Shown here: piece after piece, positions 8,862-20,529 of the stretch
How the letters are laid out: each line of letters opens with the position of its first letter
Numbering within the stretch: position 1 is the stretch's first letter
From: Myxococcota bacterium
GTDB lineage: Bacteria; Myxococcota_A; UBA9160; UBA6930
Reading direction: 5' to 3'
NCBI GenBank assembly: GCA_965223415.1
Contig: OZ245002.1
Location: forward strand, 4,480,001 to 4,544,000
DNA length: 64,000 nt
The notes under the pieces: model-generated
The model's input: only the letters and a program-made list of their open reading frames with translations
What the model was told of the DNA's origin: nothing
Databases searched by the model: none
Position numbers and translations under genes: made by a program

Positions 8862-10463
8862 CTAGGGGCGCGGCACCGGTGTCATGCGGAAGGTGCGGCG
8901 ATCGACGACCTCGTCGTCCAGGCTCGCCTCGACCCGCCAGATGCCGTGACGCCTGGTGAGCTCCGGCGTGAGCAGGAGCTCCGCGCTCGCTTGGGGTCGT
9001 CGGAGACGCGCGGCGGTGCCTTCGTCGACGACGCTTCCGCTGGGATCGATCCAGCGCACCTGGATCTCGTCGCGGCGGTCGATGTAGTCTGGTTCGACCC
9101 ACGCCCACCAGGTGACCCGATCGTCCCGGGCGTCGAAGGCCTCACGGGAGCGGCCGGCGGGCGTGTCGGCGGACGCGGTCCGGGCGCCGTCGGCGAGGCC
9201 CGCGCGCCCGACGACGGGGAAGATCAATCTGCGCACCGTCGCCTGGGCGCGCTGGGGGAGGTTGCCGCGGCCCTCGAAGCGCCGGGCCGCCTGTTCGAGG
9301 TAGAAGGTCGCCTGCACCGTGTGGCCGAGCTCCTTGTGGGCGAGGCCGAGGTGGTAGTAGTTGAGGGCGACCTCGGGGTCGAGGCGCAGGGCGCGGCGGA
9401 AGGCGACGACCGCCTCCTCGTGCCGCTCCTGCTTCGCCAGCAGCTCGCCCTGCCGGAACCAGATGCGCGGATCCGCCGGGTGGGCCAGGCCCGCCTGCTC
9501 GAGGTTCGCCAGGGCCGCGGCCGTGTCGCCTTGGTCGGCCGCTGCCGCGGCCCGGGCGAGCAGCGCGTCGGCGGCGGGATCGCGGGCGCCGACGGTCTCC
9601 TTCAGCTCCGTGCGGCGCAGCTCGACCATCTGGGCGAGGCGGAACTGGGCTGCGCGAAAGGCGCGATCGAGGTCCGGCGGCCGCGTGCCGGTGACGGTGA
9701 GCCGCTCGGCGCGCTCGATGCCCACCTCGATCCGACTCTCCACCGCCGGATGGCTATAGAGATAGGGCGGCAGCTCGATGCTGGGCAGGTTCCGGGTCGC
9801 CATCAGGCGCTCGAAAAAGCGCACGGCACCGAGCGGGTCGTAGCCGGCCCGCGCCATGAAGGTGGCGCCCAGGGTATCGGCCTCGGCCTCGTGCTCGCGG
9901 GTGTAGGAGAGCTGCAGGGCAACGTTCACGCCCTGGGCGATCACCAACGGCTCGGCCTGGCCGGTGGCCGCCGTGGCGAGGACGCCGGCGAGCTGGGCCA
10001 GCAGGCCGGGGATCGCTGCAGCCTCGGCCCGGCGCGCGTAGTGGTGCGCCTTCACGTGGGCGATCTCGTGGGCCATCACCCCGGCGAGCTCGTCGAGGCT
10101 GCCGGCGTTCAGGATCGTGCCGGTGTGGAAGTAGATCGCGCCGCCCGGCAGGGCGAAGGCGTTCAGGGAGGGATCGACCAGCACCCGGAAGCGGTAGGTG
10201 AACGGCTGCTCGCCGAGCGTGGCCACCAGCGATTGGCCCAGGTCGTTCAGCATCGAGAGCACGAGGGCGTCCTCGATCAGGACCAGGTTGTCTTGGAGCG
10301 TCTGGTCGGCCTCGTAGCCGAGGCTGCGCTCGTCGTAGACGCTGACCTTGCCGAAATTCCCGAGCGGGTTACGGCTGCCGTCGTTCTGGATGCAGGCGGC
10401 GGGACCGAGCGCCAGGCAGAGGGCGAGGGCCCCGACAGGGACGCGAAGCCCGGCCGGCCTCAC
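8862..10463 (-). CDS. M48 family zinc metalloprotease with TPRs (BepA-like), probable lipoprotein
   Basis: NAFALPGG, HEIAH, EAEAD, SHP; signal peptide ending PAAC; GTG start overlaps the gcvPB stop. Confidence 0.87.
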   Translation of the reverse strand: MRPAGLRVPVGALALCLALGPAACIQNDGSRNPLGNFGKVSVYDERSLGYEADQTLQDNLVLIEDALVLSMLNDLGQSLVATLGEQPFTYRFRVLVDPSLNAFALPGGAIYFHTGTILNAGSLDELAGVMAHEIAHVKAHHYARRAEAAAIPGLLAQLAGVLATAATGQAEPLVIAQGVNVALQLSYTREHEAEADTLGATFMARAGYDPLGAVRFFERLMATRNLPSIELPPYLYSHPAVESRIEVGIERAERLTVTGTRPPDLDRAFRAAQFRLAQMVELRRTELKETVGARDPAADALLARAAAAADQGDTAAALANLEQAGLAHPADPRIWFRQGELLAKQERHEEAVVAFRRALRLDPEVALNYYHLGLAHKELGHTVQATFYLEQAARRFEGRGNLPQRAQATVRRLIFPVVGRAGLADGARTASADTPAGRSREAFDARDDRVTWWAWVEPDYIDRRDEIQVRWIDPSGSVVDEGTAARLRRPQASAELLLTPELTRRHGIWRVEASLDDEVVDRRTFRMTPVPRP

Positions 10464-11943
10464 GGGCCGTCGCCGGGCTGCCACCGGAGCACCGGCTTGC
10501 GCGCGGCCCGGGTCTCGTCGAGACGGGTGAGCCGCGTGCGCTGGGGCGCGCTGCGCACGGCCTCCGGATCCTCCCGGGCCTCCCGTGCGATCTCGATCAG
10601 GGTGTCGGCGAAGCGGTCGAGGCCCTCCCGATCCTCGCTCTCGGTGGGCTCGATCATCAGGGCTCCGGGAACGATCAAGGGGAAATAGATCGTCGGCGGG
10701 TGGTAGCCGTGATCGATCAGGCGCTTGGCGACGTCCAGGGTGGTCACGCCGGACTCGGCGAAGCGGCGATCCGAGAGAACGCACTCGTGCATGACGCTGC
10801 CGGCGAAGGGCACGTGGTAGTGCTCCCGCAGGCGCTCGAGCAGGTAGTTCGCATTGAGCACGGCCATTTCGGAGCTGCGCCGAAGCCCCTCCGCACCGAG
10901 GGAGAGGATGTAGGCGTAGGCGCGCACCATCATGCCCACGTTGCCGTGGTTACCGTGGAGCCGGCCGATCGCCTGGGGGCGATCGTGGTCCCAGCGGTAG
11001 CGGCCCGCCTCGCTCCGCTCGACCACGGGAACCGGCAGGAAGGGCTCGAGGGCGTCGACGACGCCTACCGGCCCGGCGCCGGGCCCGCCGCCGCCGTGGG
11101 GCGTCGAGAAGGTCTTGTGCAGGTTGAAGTGCATCACGTCGATGCCTTGGTCCCCGGGGCGGGACAGGCCGAGCATCGCGTTCAGGTTGGCGCCGTCGCC
11201 GTAGACCATGCCGCCGCCGGCGTGCACGATCTCGCAGATGCGGCCGATGTGGGTCTCGAACAGGCCGAGGGTGTTGGGGTTCGTGATCATCAGCGCCGCG
11301 ATCTCGTCGCTCATGGCGGCCTCGACCGCCTCCGGGTGGAGGAGACCGTCGTCGCCCGAGGGCACGGCCACCACGTCGTAGCCGTTCAGGGCCGCGCTGG
11401 CCGGGTTCGTGCCGTGGGCGGAATCCGGGATCATCACCTTGCGGCGACGGCTGTCCCCGCGGCTCTCGTGGTAGGCGCGGATCATCATGATGCCGGCCAG
11501 CTCGCCCTGGGCTCCCGCCGCCGGCTGCAGCGAGACCCGCGCCATGCCGCTGACGGTCGCGAGCAGCGCCTCGAGCTCGTGCATGAGCTCGAGCAGTCCC
11601 TGCACGTCCTCCTCCGGAGCGAAGGGATGGGCGAGGGCGAAGCCCGCCAGCCGCGCGACCCGCTCGTTCAGCTTCGGGTTGTACTTCATGGTGCAGGAGC
11701 CGAGCGGGTAGAGCCCCAGGTCGACCGCCACATTCCAGGTGGAGAGCCGCGTGAAGTGACGCACCACGTCGACCTCGGAGAGCTCCGGCAGGACTGACGG
11801 CTCTTCGCGATGGGCCGGGCCGAGCAGGGCCGCCGCGTCGACCGGCGGCACGTCGAGAGGCGGTAGGTCCACCCCGCGGCGGCCCGGCCGGCTGCGCTCG
11901 AAGACGAGGGGCTCCTCGTAGGAGAGGCCGCGGGTGGCGTTGC

Positions 11944-11947
<4 letters not shown>
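10460..11947 (-). CDS. gcvPB: Glycine dehydrogenase (decarboxylating) subunit 2
   Basis: PLGSCTMKYNP, SAHGTNPASA, FNLHKTFSTPHGGGGPG. Confidence 0.95.
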
Positions 11948-13278
<1,331 letters not shown>

Positions 13279-13279
13279 G

Positions 13280-13687
13280 CTAGGAGCCCTGGTCCTCGCG
13301 ATCCCGGATGTGCTTGCCGTAGGCGGCGGCGTCGAGCAGGCCGTCGAGCTCGCTGGCGTCGGCGATGGAGATCACGACCATCCATCCCTCGCCGTAGCAG
13401 TCCTCGTTCACCGACTCGGGGGCTTCGGCGAGGGCTTCGTTCACCTCGACCACTTCGCCGGAGATCGGCGCGTAGAGGTCGGCGACGGTCTTGACGGATT
13501 CGATCACACCGAAGGGCTCGCCCTTCTCGAGGTTGCGCCCGGCTTCCGGCAGCTCGACGAAGACCACGTCCCCGAGCTGCTGCTGGGCGTAGTCGGTGAC
13601 GCCGATCGTCACCCGGCCCCCTTCGTTCCGCGTCCACTCGTCCTCGGCGGAATAGCGCAGCCCGTCGCGAATGTCGTAGTCGCCCAC
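13280..13687 (-). CDS. gcvH: Glycine cleavage system H protein
   Basis: IGVTDYAQQQLGDVVFVELP and the ESVKT lipoyl-lysine motif. Confidence 0.95.
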   Translation of the reverse strand: MGDYDIRDGLRYSAEDEWTRNEGGRVTIGVTDYAQQQLGDVVFVELPEAGRNLEKGEPFGVIESVKTVADLYAPISGEVVEVNEALAEAPESVNEDCYGEGWMVVISIADASELDGLLDAAAYGKHIRDREDQGS

Positions 13688-13697
13688 CGATTCCCCC

Positions 13698-14771
13698 TCA
13701 GCCCACGAACGGCGTCTCGACCACCCGAGCCGCCACGGGCTTGCCGCGGATCACGACGTCGAAGGTCTCGCCCGGCTCGCCCAGCGCCGGCGGAACGTAG
13801 CCGAGGCCGATGGATTTTCCGAGCGTCGGCGAGGGTGCGCCGGAGGTCACCTCGCCGACGCTCTCACCGTCGCGGGCGATCGGGTAGCCGGCGCGTGCGA
13901 TTCCGCGGCCCGTCATCTCGAAGCCTGCCAGCCGCCGCGTGTGGCCGGCACGGGCTCGCGCACGAATCGCCTCCGCGCCCAGGAAGCCGCCTTCGTCGAG
14001 CTTGACGAAGCGGGCGAGGCCGGCCTCCAGCGGCGAGGTGCGGTCGTCCAGCTCGTGGCCGTAGAGGGGCAGGGCGGCTTCGAGGCGAAGGGTGTCCCGG
14101 GCGCCAAGGCCGCAGGGGCGCGCGCCCGCCCCGGTGAGGGCCTGCCAGAGGTCCCGGGCGGCGCCGGCCGGCCCGTAGATCTCGAAGCCGTCGGAGCCGG
14201 TGTAGCCGGTGCGCGAGAGCAGCACCTTCGCTCCGGCGAACTCGGCCTCGAGGAAGCGGAAGCGGCGGAGGCCGCCCGGAAGCGGGCCGCACAGGCCGGA
14301 CAGGATGGCCGCGCTCTCCGGGCCCTGCAGGGCGAGGAGCGCGGTCTCCGCGCTGCGGTTGCGCACGCCGGCCGCCTCGGGCGCGTGTCGGACGCACCAG
14401 CGATAGTCCTTCTCGACGTTGGCCGCGTTGACGCAGAGGAAGAGGGCGTCCTCCGCGGTGCGGTAGACGGTGACGTCGTCGACGACGCCGCCCTCCTCGT
14501 TGCAGAGGAGTCCGTAGCGGACCCGGCCGATCCGCAAGCTCGCTACCCTGCAGGTGACCAATCGCTCGACCGCGGACACCGCCTCCGGCCCGCCGAAGTG
14601 GAGCTGGCCCATGTGGGAGATGTCGAACACGCCGGCGCCCTCCCGCACCGCCGCATGCTCCTCCTTGATGGAGGTGTACTGGACGGGCATGTCGAAGCCA
14701 GCGAACGCGACCATGCGGGCACCGAGGGCCACGTGGGTGTCGTGCAGGGGCGTGTGCTGGAGCTGGGTCAA
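13698..14771 (-). CDS. gcvT: Aminomethyltransferase (glycine cleavage T protein)
   Basis: TPLH, FDISHMG, SRTGYTG, GLGARDTLRLEA; TTG start overlaps the folD stop. Confidence 0.95.
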   Translation of the reverse strand: MTQLQHTPLHDTHVALGARMVAFAGFDMPVQYTSIKEEHAAVREGAGVFDISHMGQLHFGGPEAVSAVERLVTCRVASLRIGRVRYGLLCNEEGGVVDDVTVYRTAEDALFLCVNAANVEKDYRWCVRHAPEAAGVRNRSAETALLALQGPESAAILSGLCGPLPGGLRRFRFLEAEFAGAKVLLSRTGYTGSDGFEIYGPAGAARDLWQALTGAGARPCGLGARDTLRLEAALPLYGHELDDRTSPLEAGLARFVKLDEGGFLGAEAIRARARAGHTRRLAGFEMTGRGIARAGYPIARDGESVGEVTSGAPSPTLGKSIGLGYVPPALGEPGETFDVVIRGKPVAARVVETPFVG

Positions 14772-15628
14772 GCGCCCGTCCGCGAACGATAGGCCCGCAG
14801 GGTGTTGTGCAGCAGCATCGTGATCGTCATCGGGCCGACGCCCCGGCGATGGGGGGTAACGAGGGCGGCGATGCCCTGCACGCCCTCGAAGTCCACGTCG
14901 CCCACCAGCTCGCCGTCGACCTCGGTCACGCCCACGTCGATCACCACGGCGCCGGGGCGGATCCAATCCGGCTGTACCATGCGCGGCCGCCCGGTCGCGG
15001 CGACCAGGATGTCAGCGCTGCGGCAGATCCCGGCGAGGTCGCGGGTGCGCGAGTGGCACATGGTCACCGTCGCGTTGCGGCGTTGGAGGAGGAGCGAGAT
15101 CGGCTTGCCCACGATCATGCTGCGGCCGATCACCACAGCGTGGGCGCCCTCCACCTCGACGCCGTGATGGTCGAGGATCTCGAGGATCCCGAGGGGCGTG
15201 CACGAGAAGAGGCCGTCCTCGCCCATCACGAGCCGCCCGGCGTTGATCGGGCCGACTCCGTCCACGTCCTTGGCCGGCTCGATCGCCTCGGCCACGGCAT
15301 TGGCCCGGATCTGCGCCGGCACCGGCAGCTGGACCAGGATGCCGTCGATGCCCTGGTCGGCGTTCAGCTCCGCGACGAGCTCGAGCAGCGCTTCCTCCGA
15401 GGTCTCCTCGGGAAGATGGTGCTCGACCGACTCCATCCCGATGCGCCCCGCTGCGCGGCGCTTGCCCTTGATGTACGAGGCGCTGGCGGGATCGTCTCCC
15501 ACGCGCACCACGCACAGGCACGGTGCACGACCGCCGCCTGCGACGAGCTTCTCGATCTCCTCGCGCATCTGCTCGCGGAGCTTGCGGGCCAGGGCCAGGC
15601 CGTCGACGACGACGGTCTCGATGGGCAC
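14768..15628 (-). CDS. folD: Bifunctional methylene-THF dehydrogenase/cyclohydrolase
   Basis: GILVQLP, KDVDG, GRSMIVGKP, GVGPMT; GGAGG SD upstream of the GTG. Confidence 0.95.
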   Translation of the reverse strand: MPIETVVVDGLALARKLREQMREEIEKLVAGGGRAPCLCVVRVGDDPASASYIKGKRRAAGRIGMESVEHHLPEETSEEALLELVAELNADQGIDGILVQLPVPAQIRANAVAEAIEPAKDVDGVGPINAGRLVMGEDGLFSCTPLGILEILDHHGVEVEGAHAVVIGRSMIVGKPISLLLQRRNATVTMCHSRTRDLAGICRSADILVAATGRPRMVQPDWIRPGAVVIDVGVTEVDGELVGDVDFEGVQGIAALVTPHRRGVGPMTITMLLHNTLRAYRSRTGA

Positions 15629-15678
15629 GGGGGGCGTCCCTCCTCTGATGGCCGCGCAGGGTACCAATCCGCCCGGGC

Positions 15679-16023
15679 TCAGGCTGCGCTCTTGCCCTTC
15701 TTCGAGCCGCCTTGGCCTTTGCCCTTGCCCTTGCTCTCGCTCTTGCCGCCGCCCTTGGGCTCGTCCTTCGACTCGCTCTTGCCCGTGTCCTTGCTCTCGG
15801 AAGTCTCCTTGCCGGAGCCTTCGTCGTTCTTGGCGGGCTGGTTCGACGCGTAGAGATCGTTGTACCAGCCGCTGCCCTTCAGCACGAACGACGTTTGGGA
15901 GATCAGCCGCTTCGCCTTCATGGCCCCGCACTCCGGGCACTTCTTCACCGGGTTCGCGGTGATGCGCTGCTCCCTCTGGAACTCGTGGCCGCAGCCCTTG
16001 CACTCGTAGTCGTACACCGGCAT
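15679..16023 (-). CDS. FmdB family zinc-ribbon protein
   Basis: MPVYDYECKGCGHEF...CPECG...KGSGWY with a low-complexity K/S/G tail. Confidence 0.9.
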   Translation of the reverse strand: MPVYDYECKGCGHEFQREQRITANPVKKCPECGAMKAKRLISQTSFVLKGSGWYNDLYASNQPAKNDEGSGKETSESKDTGKSESKDEPKGGGKSESKGKGKGQGGSKKGKSAA

Positions 16024-16167
16024 GGAGATTCCTCAGCAGACGGGCGGGGTTCCACGGATGGGGCGAACCGGGACGGTGGGTAGCCGAGTCACGGCGCCCC
16101 TGCCAGCTCGCCGAAGCGCGGGGCCGGACGCGCGGTCGCGGCCCGCGTCGAGGGCGACCTCGCTGCG

Positions 16168-16683
16168 CTAGCGGTCGCTCCCGGGACGCGCCGCGCCGTA
16201 GGCCGGCGGCATGGGCTCTCCTTCTCCCGTCTCGTCCACGGCCGTGATGGTCTCGACCAGGGCCATGTGGGTCTCCAGGGTCTGGCGCAGGGCGGCGCCC
16301 AGGCGGCCGCGCAGGGCCTTCATCTCGCGGATGTCCTCGGCGATCCGGGCCGCCCGCCGGTGGGACGCCTCCAGCACCTTCTCGGCCTGGAGCTCGGCCT
16401 CGGTCACCCGTACCTCCGCCTCGCGCATCGCCGTCTTCTTCAGGTCCTCACTCAAGGCTTGGGCTGTAACCAGCGTTTCCTGAAGGGTTTTCTCCTTGTC
16501 TCCCAGCACCTTGACCCGCTCCTCCAGATGCTGCACCCGCTCCATCAGCTGGTCGCGCTCGCGCATCAGGGCCTCGTAGTCCTCGCTGACGAGCTGGAGG
16601 AAGCCCTCCACCTCCATCGCGTCGACGCCGCGCATGCGCTGGGTGAAGGTGTGCTTCTGGATGTCGAGCGGAGTGAGCTTCAC
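16168..16683 (-). CDS. divIVA: DivIVA domain protein
   Basis: LTPLDIQKHTF...RG.D..EV..FL followed by coiled coil; alternative start at 16737. Confidence 0.88.
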   Translation of the reverse strand: MKLTPLDIQKHTFTQRMRGVDAMEVEGFLQLVSEDYEALMRERDQLMERVQHLEERVKVLGDKEKTLQETLVTAQALSEDLKKTAMREAEVRVTEAELQAEKVLEASHRRAARIAEDIREMKALRGRLGAALRQTLETHMALVETITAVDETGEGEPMPPAYGAARPGSDR

Positions 16684-16755
16684 GCGGATCCCCCTCAGCG
16701 CGGTCACGCCGCTGCGCAGGAGATCGGCCCAAGCCATGGAAGACTTGAGCGTTTC

Positions 16756-17571
16756 TCAGCCGCGCCCGAGCTCCTTGGAGCGGGCCGTGGCCGCCCCGAC
16801 CGCGGCGTAGACGGCCGCGCGAAGGCCGCTGCGCTCGAGGGCTTCGAGGCCGGCGATCGTCGTTCCGCCTGGCGAGGCGACCTGGTCCTTCAGGACCGCC
16901 GGGTGTCGCCCGCTCTCCAGGGCCAGCTTGGCCGCCCCGTAGACGGTCTGGGTGGCGAGGGCGGAGGCGGCGTCCCGCGGTAGCCCCATGCGCACGCCCG
17001 CATCCGCCAGGGCCTCGAGCAGCACGAACACGTAGGCGGGCCCACTGCCCGACAGGCCGGTGACGGCGTCGAGCAGGCTCTCGGACGGCGCCTCCCACGC
17101 CAGACCCACCGCCTCGAAGAGCGCCAGGGCCCGGGCGCGATCCTCGTCGCCGCAGGCCTCGTTGGCGACGAAGGCGGTGGCGCCGGCGCCGGCGAGAGAA
17201 GGCGTGTTGGGCATGGCGCGTACGATCCGCGCGCCGGCGGGCAGCCCGGCCTCGAGGGTCGCCAGGGGAACGCCGGCCGCGATCGAGATCCAGAGCGCAT
17301 CGGCGGCGCCGGCCGCGGCGCGCACGCCCTCCAGCACCGCCGGCACCAGGCCCGGCTTGACGGCCAGGACCACGACGTTGCTTTCGGCCACGACCTCCCG
17401 ATTGTCGGTGCTGCCGCGCAGGCCGTGGCGGGCCTCCAGCTCTTTCACCCGGTCGGCGAGGGGGTCGGCGACCCGGACGCGTTCCGGGGCGCCGCCCGCC
17501 GCGATCCAGCCGGCGGCGAGGGCCTCGCCCATGGCGCCGGCGCCGAGGAAGCCGGTCTTGGGGTCCGTCAT
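16756..17571 (-). CDS. proC: Pyrroline-5-carboxylate reductase
   Basis: GFLGAGAMG, RAMPNTP, LSGSGPAY, SPGGTT. Confidence 0.95.
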   Translation of the reverse strand: MTDPKTGFLGAGAMGEALAAGWIAAGGAPERVRVADPLADRVKELEARHGLRGSTDNREVVAESNVVVLAVKPGLVPAVLEGVRAAAGAADALWISIAAGVPLATLEAGLPAGARIVRAMPNTPSLAGAGATAFVANEACGDEDRARALALFEAVGLAWEAPSESLLDAVTGLSGSGPAYVFVLLEALADAGVRMGLPRDAASALATQTVYGAAKLALESGRHPAVLKDQVASPGGTTIAGLEALERSGLRAAVYAAVGAATARSKELGRG

Positions 17572-17574
17572 GAT

Positions 17575-18297
17575 TCAACGCTCCCGGGGTCCGAAGATCG
17601 CGGTACCGACCCGCACGATCGTGGCGCCCTCCTCGATGGCGACTTCGAAGTCGGAAGACATGCCCATGGAGAGCTCTCGCAGGGTCCCGCCTTCGGGCCG
17701 CGAAGACAAGTCGTCGCGCAGGGCCCGCAGCCGGGCGAAGGCCGGGCGCACCGCCTCGGGATCGTCGGAAGCGGCCGGGATCGCCATCAGGCCGACGGCC
17801 CGCAGGTGGGGGAGGGCCGCCGTCTCGGCGAGCAGCTCGGGCACGGCTTCCGGCGCCGCGCCGCCCTTTCGGCCGGCGGCCGCCTCGCCGCTCACGTCCA
17901 CCTGCAGCAGCACGTCGAGGACGCGGCCGGCGGCGCCGGTCCGATGGTCGAGCTCGGTCGCGAGGGAGCTTCGGTCCACGGTCTCCACGATGTCGAACAG
18001 GGGCACGACGAGCCGCGCCTTGTTGCGTTGCAGCTGGCCGACGAAGTGCCAGCGCGGCGCCGGCAGGCCGAGTCGCTCGCGCTCCGCATCGAAGCCCGGG
18101 CGCTCGTCGCGGGCCTCCTGGGCGTAGTTCTCCCCGAGGTCGCCGAGCCCCGCCGCCAGGGCGGCGAGCACGCGCTCCCGGGGCTGGCGCTTGCTGACAC
18201 CGACGAGGGTCACCTCCGCCGGGTCCCGTTCGGCCCGGGCGGCGGCGGCAGCGATGCGCTCGCGGACCCGGGCGAGGCGCTCCGCGGCGCCGCTCAC
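17575..18297 (-). CDS. yggS: PLP homeostasis protein YggS
   Basis: [41 protein letters not shown]. Confidence 0.93.
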   Translation of the reverse strand: MSGAAERLARVRERIAAAAARAERDPAEVTLVGVSKRQPRERVLAALAAGLGDLGENYAQEARDERPGFDAERERLGLPAPRWHFVGQLQRNKARLVVPLFDIVETVDRSSLATELDHRTGAAGRVLDVLLQVDVSGEAAAGRKGGAAPEAVPELLAETAALPHLRAVGLMAIPAASDDPEAVRPAFARLRALRDDLSSRPEGGTLRELSMGMSSDFEVAIEEGATIVRVGTAIFGPRER

Positions 18298-18890
18298 GGG
18301 GCTTCCGCCTCGAAGCCGGCCTCGCGGAGGAGGGCGGCGGTCTCGTCGAGCGGCAGGCCGATCACGTTCGTCTCGCTGCCGACGACGCGCTCGACGAAGC
18401 GCCGCCCCTCGCCCTGGAGGGCGTAGCCACCCGCCTTGTCGAGGCTCTCGCCGGTCGCGACGTAGGCACGCAGCTCGTCGGCCTCCGCTGCGCGCATCAC
18501 CACGACGCTCTCGACCGAGAGCGCCCGGGAGACGGCGCCGCCCTCGCGAACCAGGGCCACCCCGGTCAGGACCCGATGGGTGCGCCCCACCAGCCGCCCG
18601 ATCAGCTCCAAGGCGTGGTCCGGATCCCGGGGCTTCCCCAGCACCTCCTCGCCGAGGACGACGACCGTGTCCGAGCCGAGCACTGCTGCCGCGGGCTCCG
18701 CGGTCGCCACCGCCGAGGCCTTGTCCAGGGCCAGCCGCTCCACCAGCTCGCGCGGTGTCTCCCCGGGCAGGCCCCGTTCGTCGACGTCCGGGGGCCGGAC
18801 CTCGAAGGGGAGCCCCGTCTTGGCAAGCAGCTCCCGGCGGCGCGGCGAGCCGCTCGCGAGGATCAGCCGCGGCAGAGGACGTTCGGCCAT
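18294..18890 (-). CDS. maf: Maf family nucleotide pyrophosphatase
   Basis: [33 protein letters not shown]. Confidence 0.93.
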   Translation of the reverse strand: MAERPLPRLILASGSPRRRELLAKTGLPFEVRPPDVDERGLPGETPRELVERLALDKASAVATAEPAAAVLGSDTVVVLGEEVLGKPRDPDHALELIGRLVGRTHRVLTGVALVREGGAVSRALSVESVVVMRAAEADELRAYVATGESLDKAGGYALQGEGRRFVERVVGSETNVIGLPLDETAALLREAGFEAEAP

Positions 18891-18897
18891 GCGGGCC

Positions 18898-18926
18898 GGG
18901 GTACCGGCCGCCCGGGCCCGAGTCAA
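18898..18926 (-). promoter_or_regulatory. Putative sigma70-type promoter for maf
   Basis: Minus strand TTGACT-17 nt-TACCCC, 7 nt before the maf ATG. Confidence 0.55.
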
Positions 18927-18955
18927 GCACCGGAGCAACAGCTAGCTTCGAGGCG

Positions 18956-19696
18956 ATGTCCCGTCGGCGACCGGCACGATCCCGGCCAATGTCCGGTTGG
19001 CGCCCCGTGCGGTCCCAGCCGACGTCCGGTCGGTGCTCTTCGCGGTCTCAGCCGACGTCCGGTCGGTGCCCTTCGTGGTCCCAGCCGACGTCCGGTCGGT
19101 GCCCTTCGCGGTCCGGGCCGGTGTCGGGTCGGCGGGCCGCGCGGTTCCGGGGAATCCCGGCCGGCTGGGTGCGCGGCACGGCGCTCGGCCTGCTCGCCTG
19201 GCTCGGCAGTGGGTGTGCCACCGGCTGGGTGGAGCGGGGTGGGCGCTTCGTCCACGAGGGACGCGGGCTCTCCATCTCGGCGCCGCCCGGCGGACCCTGG
19301 CGCGAGGTCTCCGTCGAGGGCGCGACGCTCACCCTGCAGGGCCCGTCCGGCGCGACCTTCAGCTGGCTCCGCGCCTGCGAGGAGCACCCGCCGTCGGCCC
19401 GCAACGCCGCCCGGGCGCTCCTCCGCAGCATCGACGGGCTGGTGGTCGACGCGGAAGGGCCGCTCGACGCCGGGCCGGGCAGCGCCTGGCGGGTCGAAGC
19501 CCGTGTGCGGGAGGGCCGCCGCGAGCTCGCCGTGCACACGGTCACCCGCGTCGTCGGCGACTGCACCGACGACTGGGTGCTGGTCGCGTCCCGGGAGCTC
19601 GCCCTGGCCGACGCCTTCGAGGCCTGGTGGGGCTCGGTCCGCGCCTCCGAGGTGGCGGCCGGGGCGCCGCCCGGGGCCCAGGGAGAGGCGCCGTGA
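18956..19696 (+). CDS. Hypothetical lipoprotein upstream of mlaEFD
   Basis: Lipobox-like LLAWLGSGC after a repeat-expanded N-terminus; stop overlaps the mlaE GTG. Start uncertain. Confidence 0.65.
   Translation: MSRRRPARSRPMSGWRPVRSQPTSGRCSSRSQPTSGRCPSWSQPTSGRCPSRSGPVSGRRAARFRGIPAGWVRGTALGLLAWLGSGCATGWVERGGRFVHEGRGLSISAPPGGPWREVSVEGATLTLQGPSGATFSWLRACEEHPPSARNAARALLRSIDGLVVDAEGPLDAGPGSAWRVEARVREGRRELAVHTVTRVVGDCTDDWVLVASRELALADAFEAWWGSVRASEVAAGAPPGAQGEAP
18975..19140 (+). repeat. 33-bp tandem repeat (3 near-identical plus 2 diverged copies)
   Basis: cggtcccagccgacgtccggtcggtgcccttcg repeated; encodes SQPTSGRCPSR. Confidence 0.85.
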
Positions 19697-20529
19697 GCCA
19701 GCCCTTGAGCCTCCCCAGCCCGGTCACCCGCCTCGGCGACCGGGTGCTCGGCGGCGTCGACACGATGGGGGAGTTCGGCCTGCTCTGCCTGGCCTCGCTG
19801 CGGGCGCTTCGCCGTCGGGGCCTTCCGCTGCAGGAGACGCTCCTGCAGTTCGAGCAGATCGCCGTCCGCTCGACGGCGATCGTCGCGATCACCGCGCTCT
19901 TCACCGGCATGGTGCTGGCGCTCCAGACCGCCTTCGCGCTGACCCGCTTCGGCGCCAAGCCCTACGTCGGCAGCATCGTGGGCCTCGCGATCGTCCGGGA
20001 GCTCGGTCCGGTGCTCGCGGCGCTCATGGTGGGTGGGCGGGTCGGCGCGGGCATCACCTCCGAGCTGGGCTCGATGAAGGTGACGGAGCAGGTCGACGCC
20101 ATCCGGGCGATGGGGGCCGACCCGGTGGAGAAGCTCGTCGTGCCGCGGGTCGTGGCGACGACCCTGGGTCTCCCGTTGCTCACCCTGTTCGCGATCGTGC
20201 TCGGCGTGCTGGGCGGGCTCATCGTTGCGGACCTGCAGTACCGGATCGCTCCCGACTTCTTCCTCCAGACCGTGACCACCACCGTGACCGTCGGTGACTT
20301 CTTCTCCGGTGTGGTCAAGACCTTCGTCTTCGGTTGGACGATCGCGATGGTCGGCTGCTTCGTCGGCCTGCGCGCCGAGGGCGGGACCGCGGGGGTCGGG
20401 CGAGCGACGACCCGCTCGGTCGTTACGGCCTCGATCGCCGTGCTCGTGTCGGACTTCTTCCTCACCAAGCTGCTCATGCTCGTGCCCGGAGAGCGGATCC
20501 TCGTGTGGCTCGGAAGGGCGCTTTCGTGA
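19693..20529 (+). CDS. mlaE: MlaE family ABC permease
   Basis: RELGPVLAALMVGGRVGA, ELGSMKVTEQVDA, VGRATT. Confidence 0.92.
   Translation: MSQPLSLPSPVTRLGDRVLGGVDTMGEFGLLCLASLRALRRRGLPLQETLLQFEQIAVRSTAIVAITALFTGMVLALQTAFALTRFGAKPYVGSIVGLAIVRELGPVLAALMVGGRVGAGITSELGSMKVTEQVDAIRAMGADPVEKLVVPRVVATTLGLPLLTLFAIVLGVLGGLIVADLQYRIAPDFFLQTVTTTVTVGDFFSGVVKTFVFGWTIAMVGCFVGLRAEGGTAGVGRATTRSVVTASIAVLVSDFFLTKLLMLVPGERILVWLGRALS

Noticed and set aside
16024..16167. ZTP riboswitch or 6S RNA upstream of fmdB-folD
   Set aside because: The context is suggestive, but only fragments (GTGAC, CGCCCG) match and I could not build the consensus fold. An Infernal/Rfam search would settle it.
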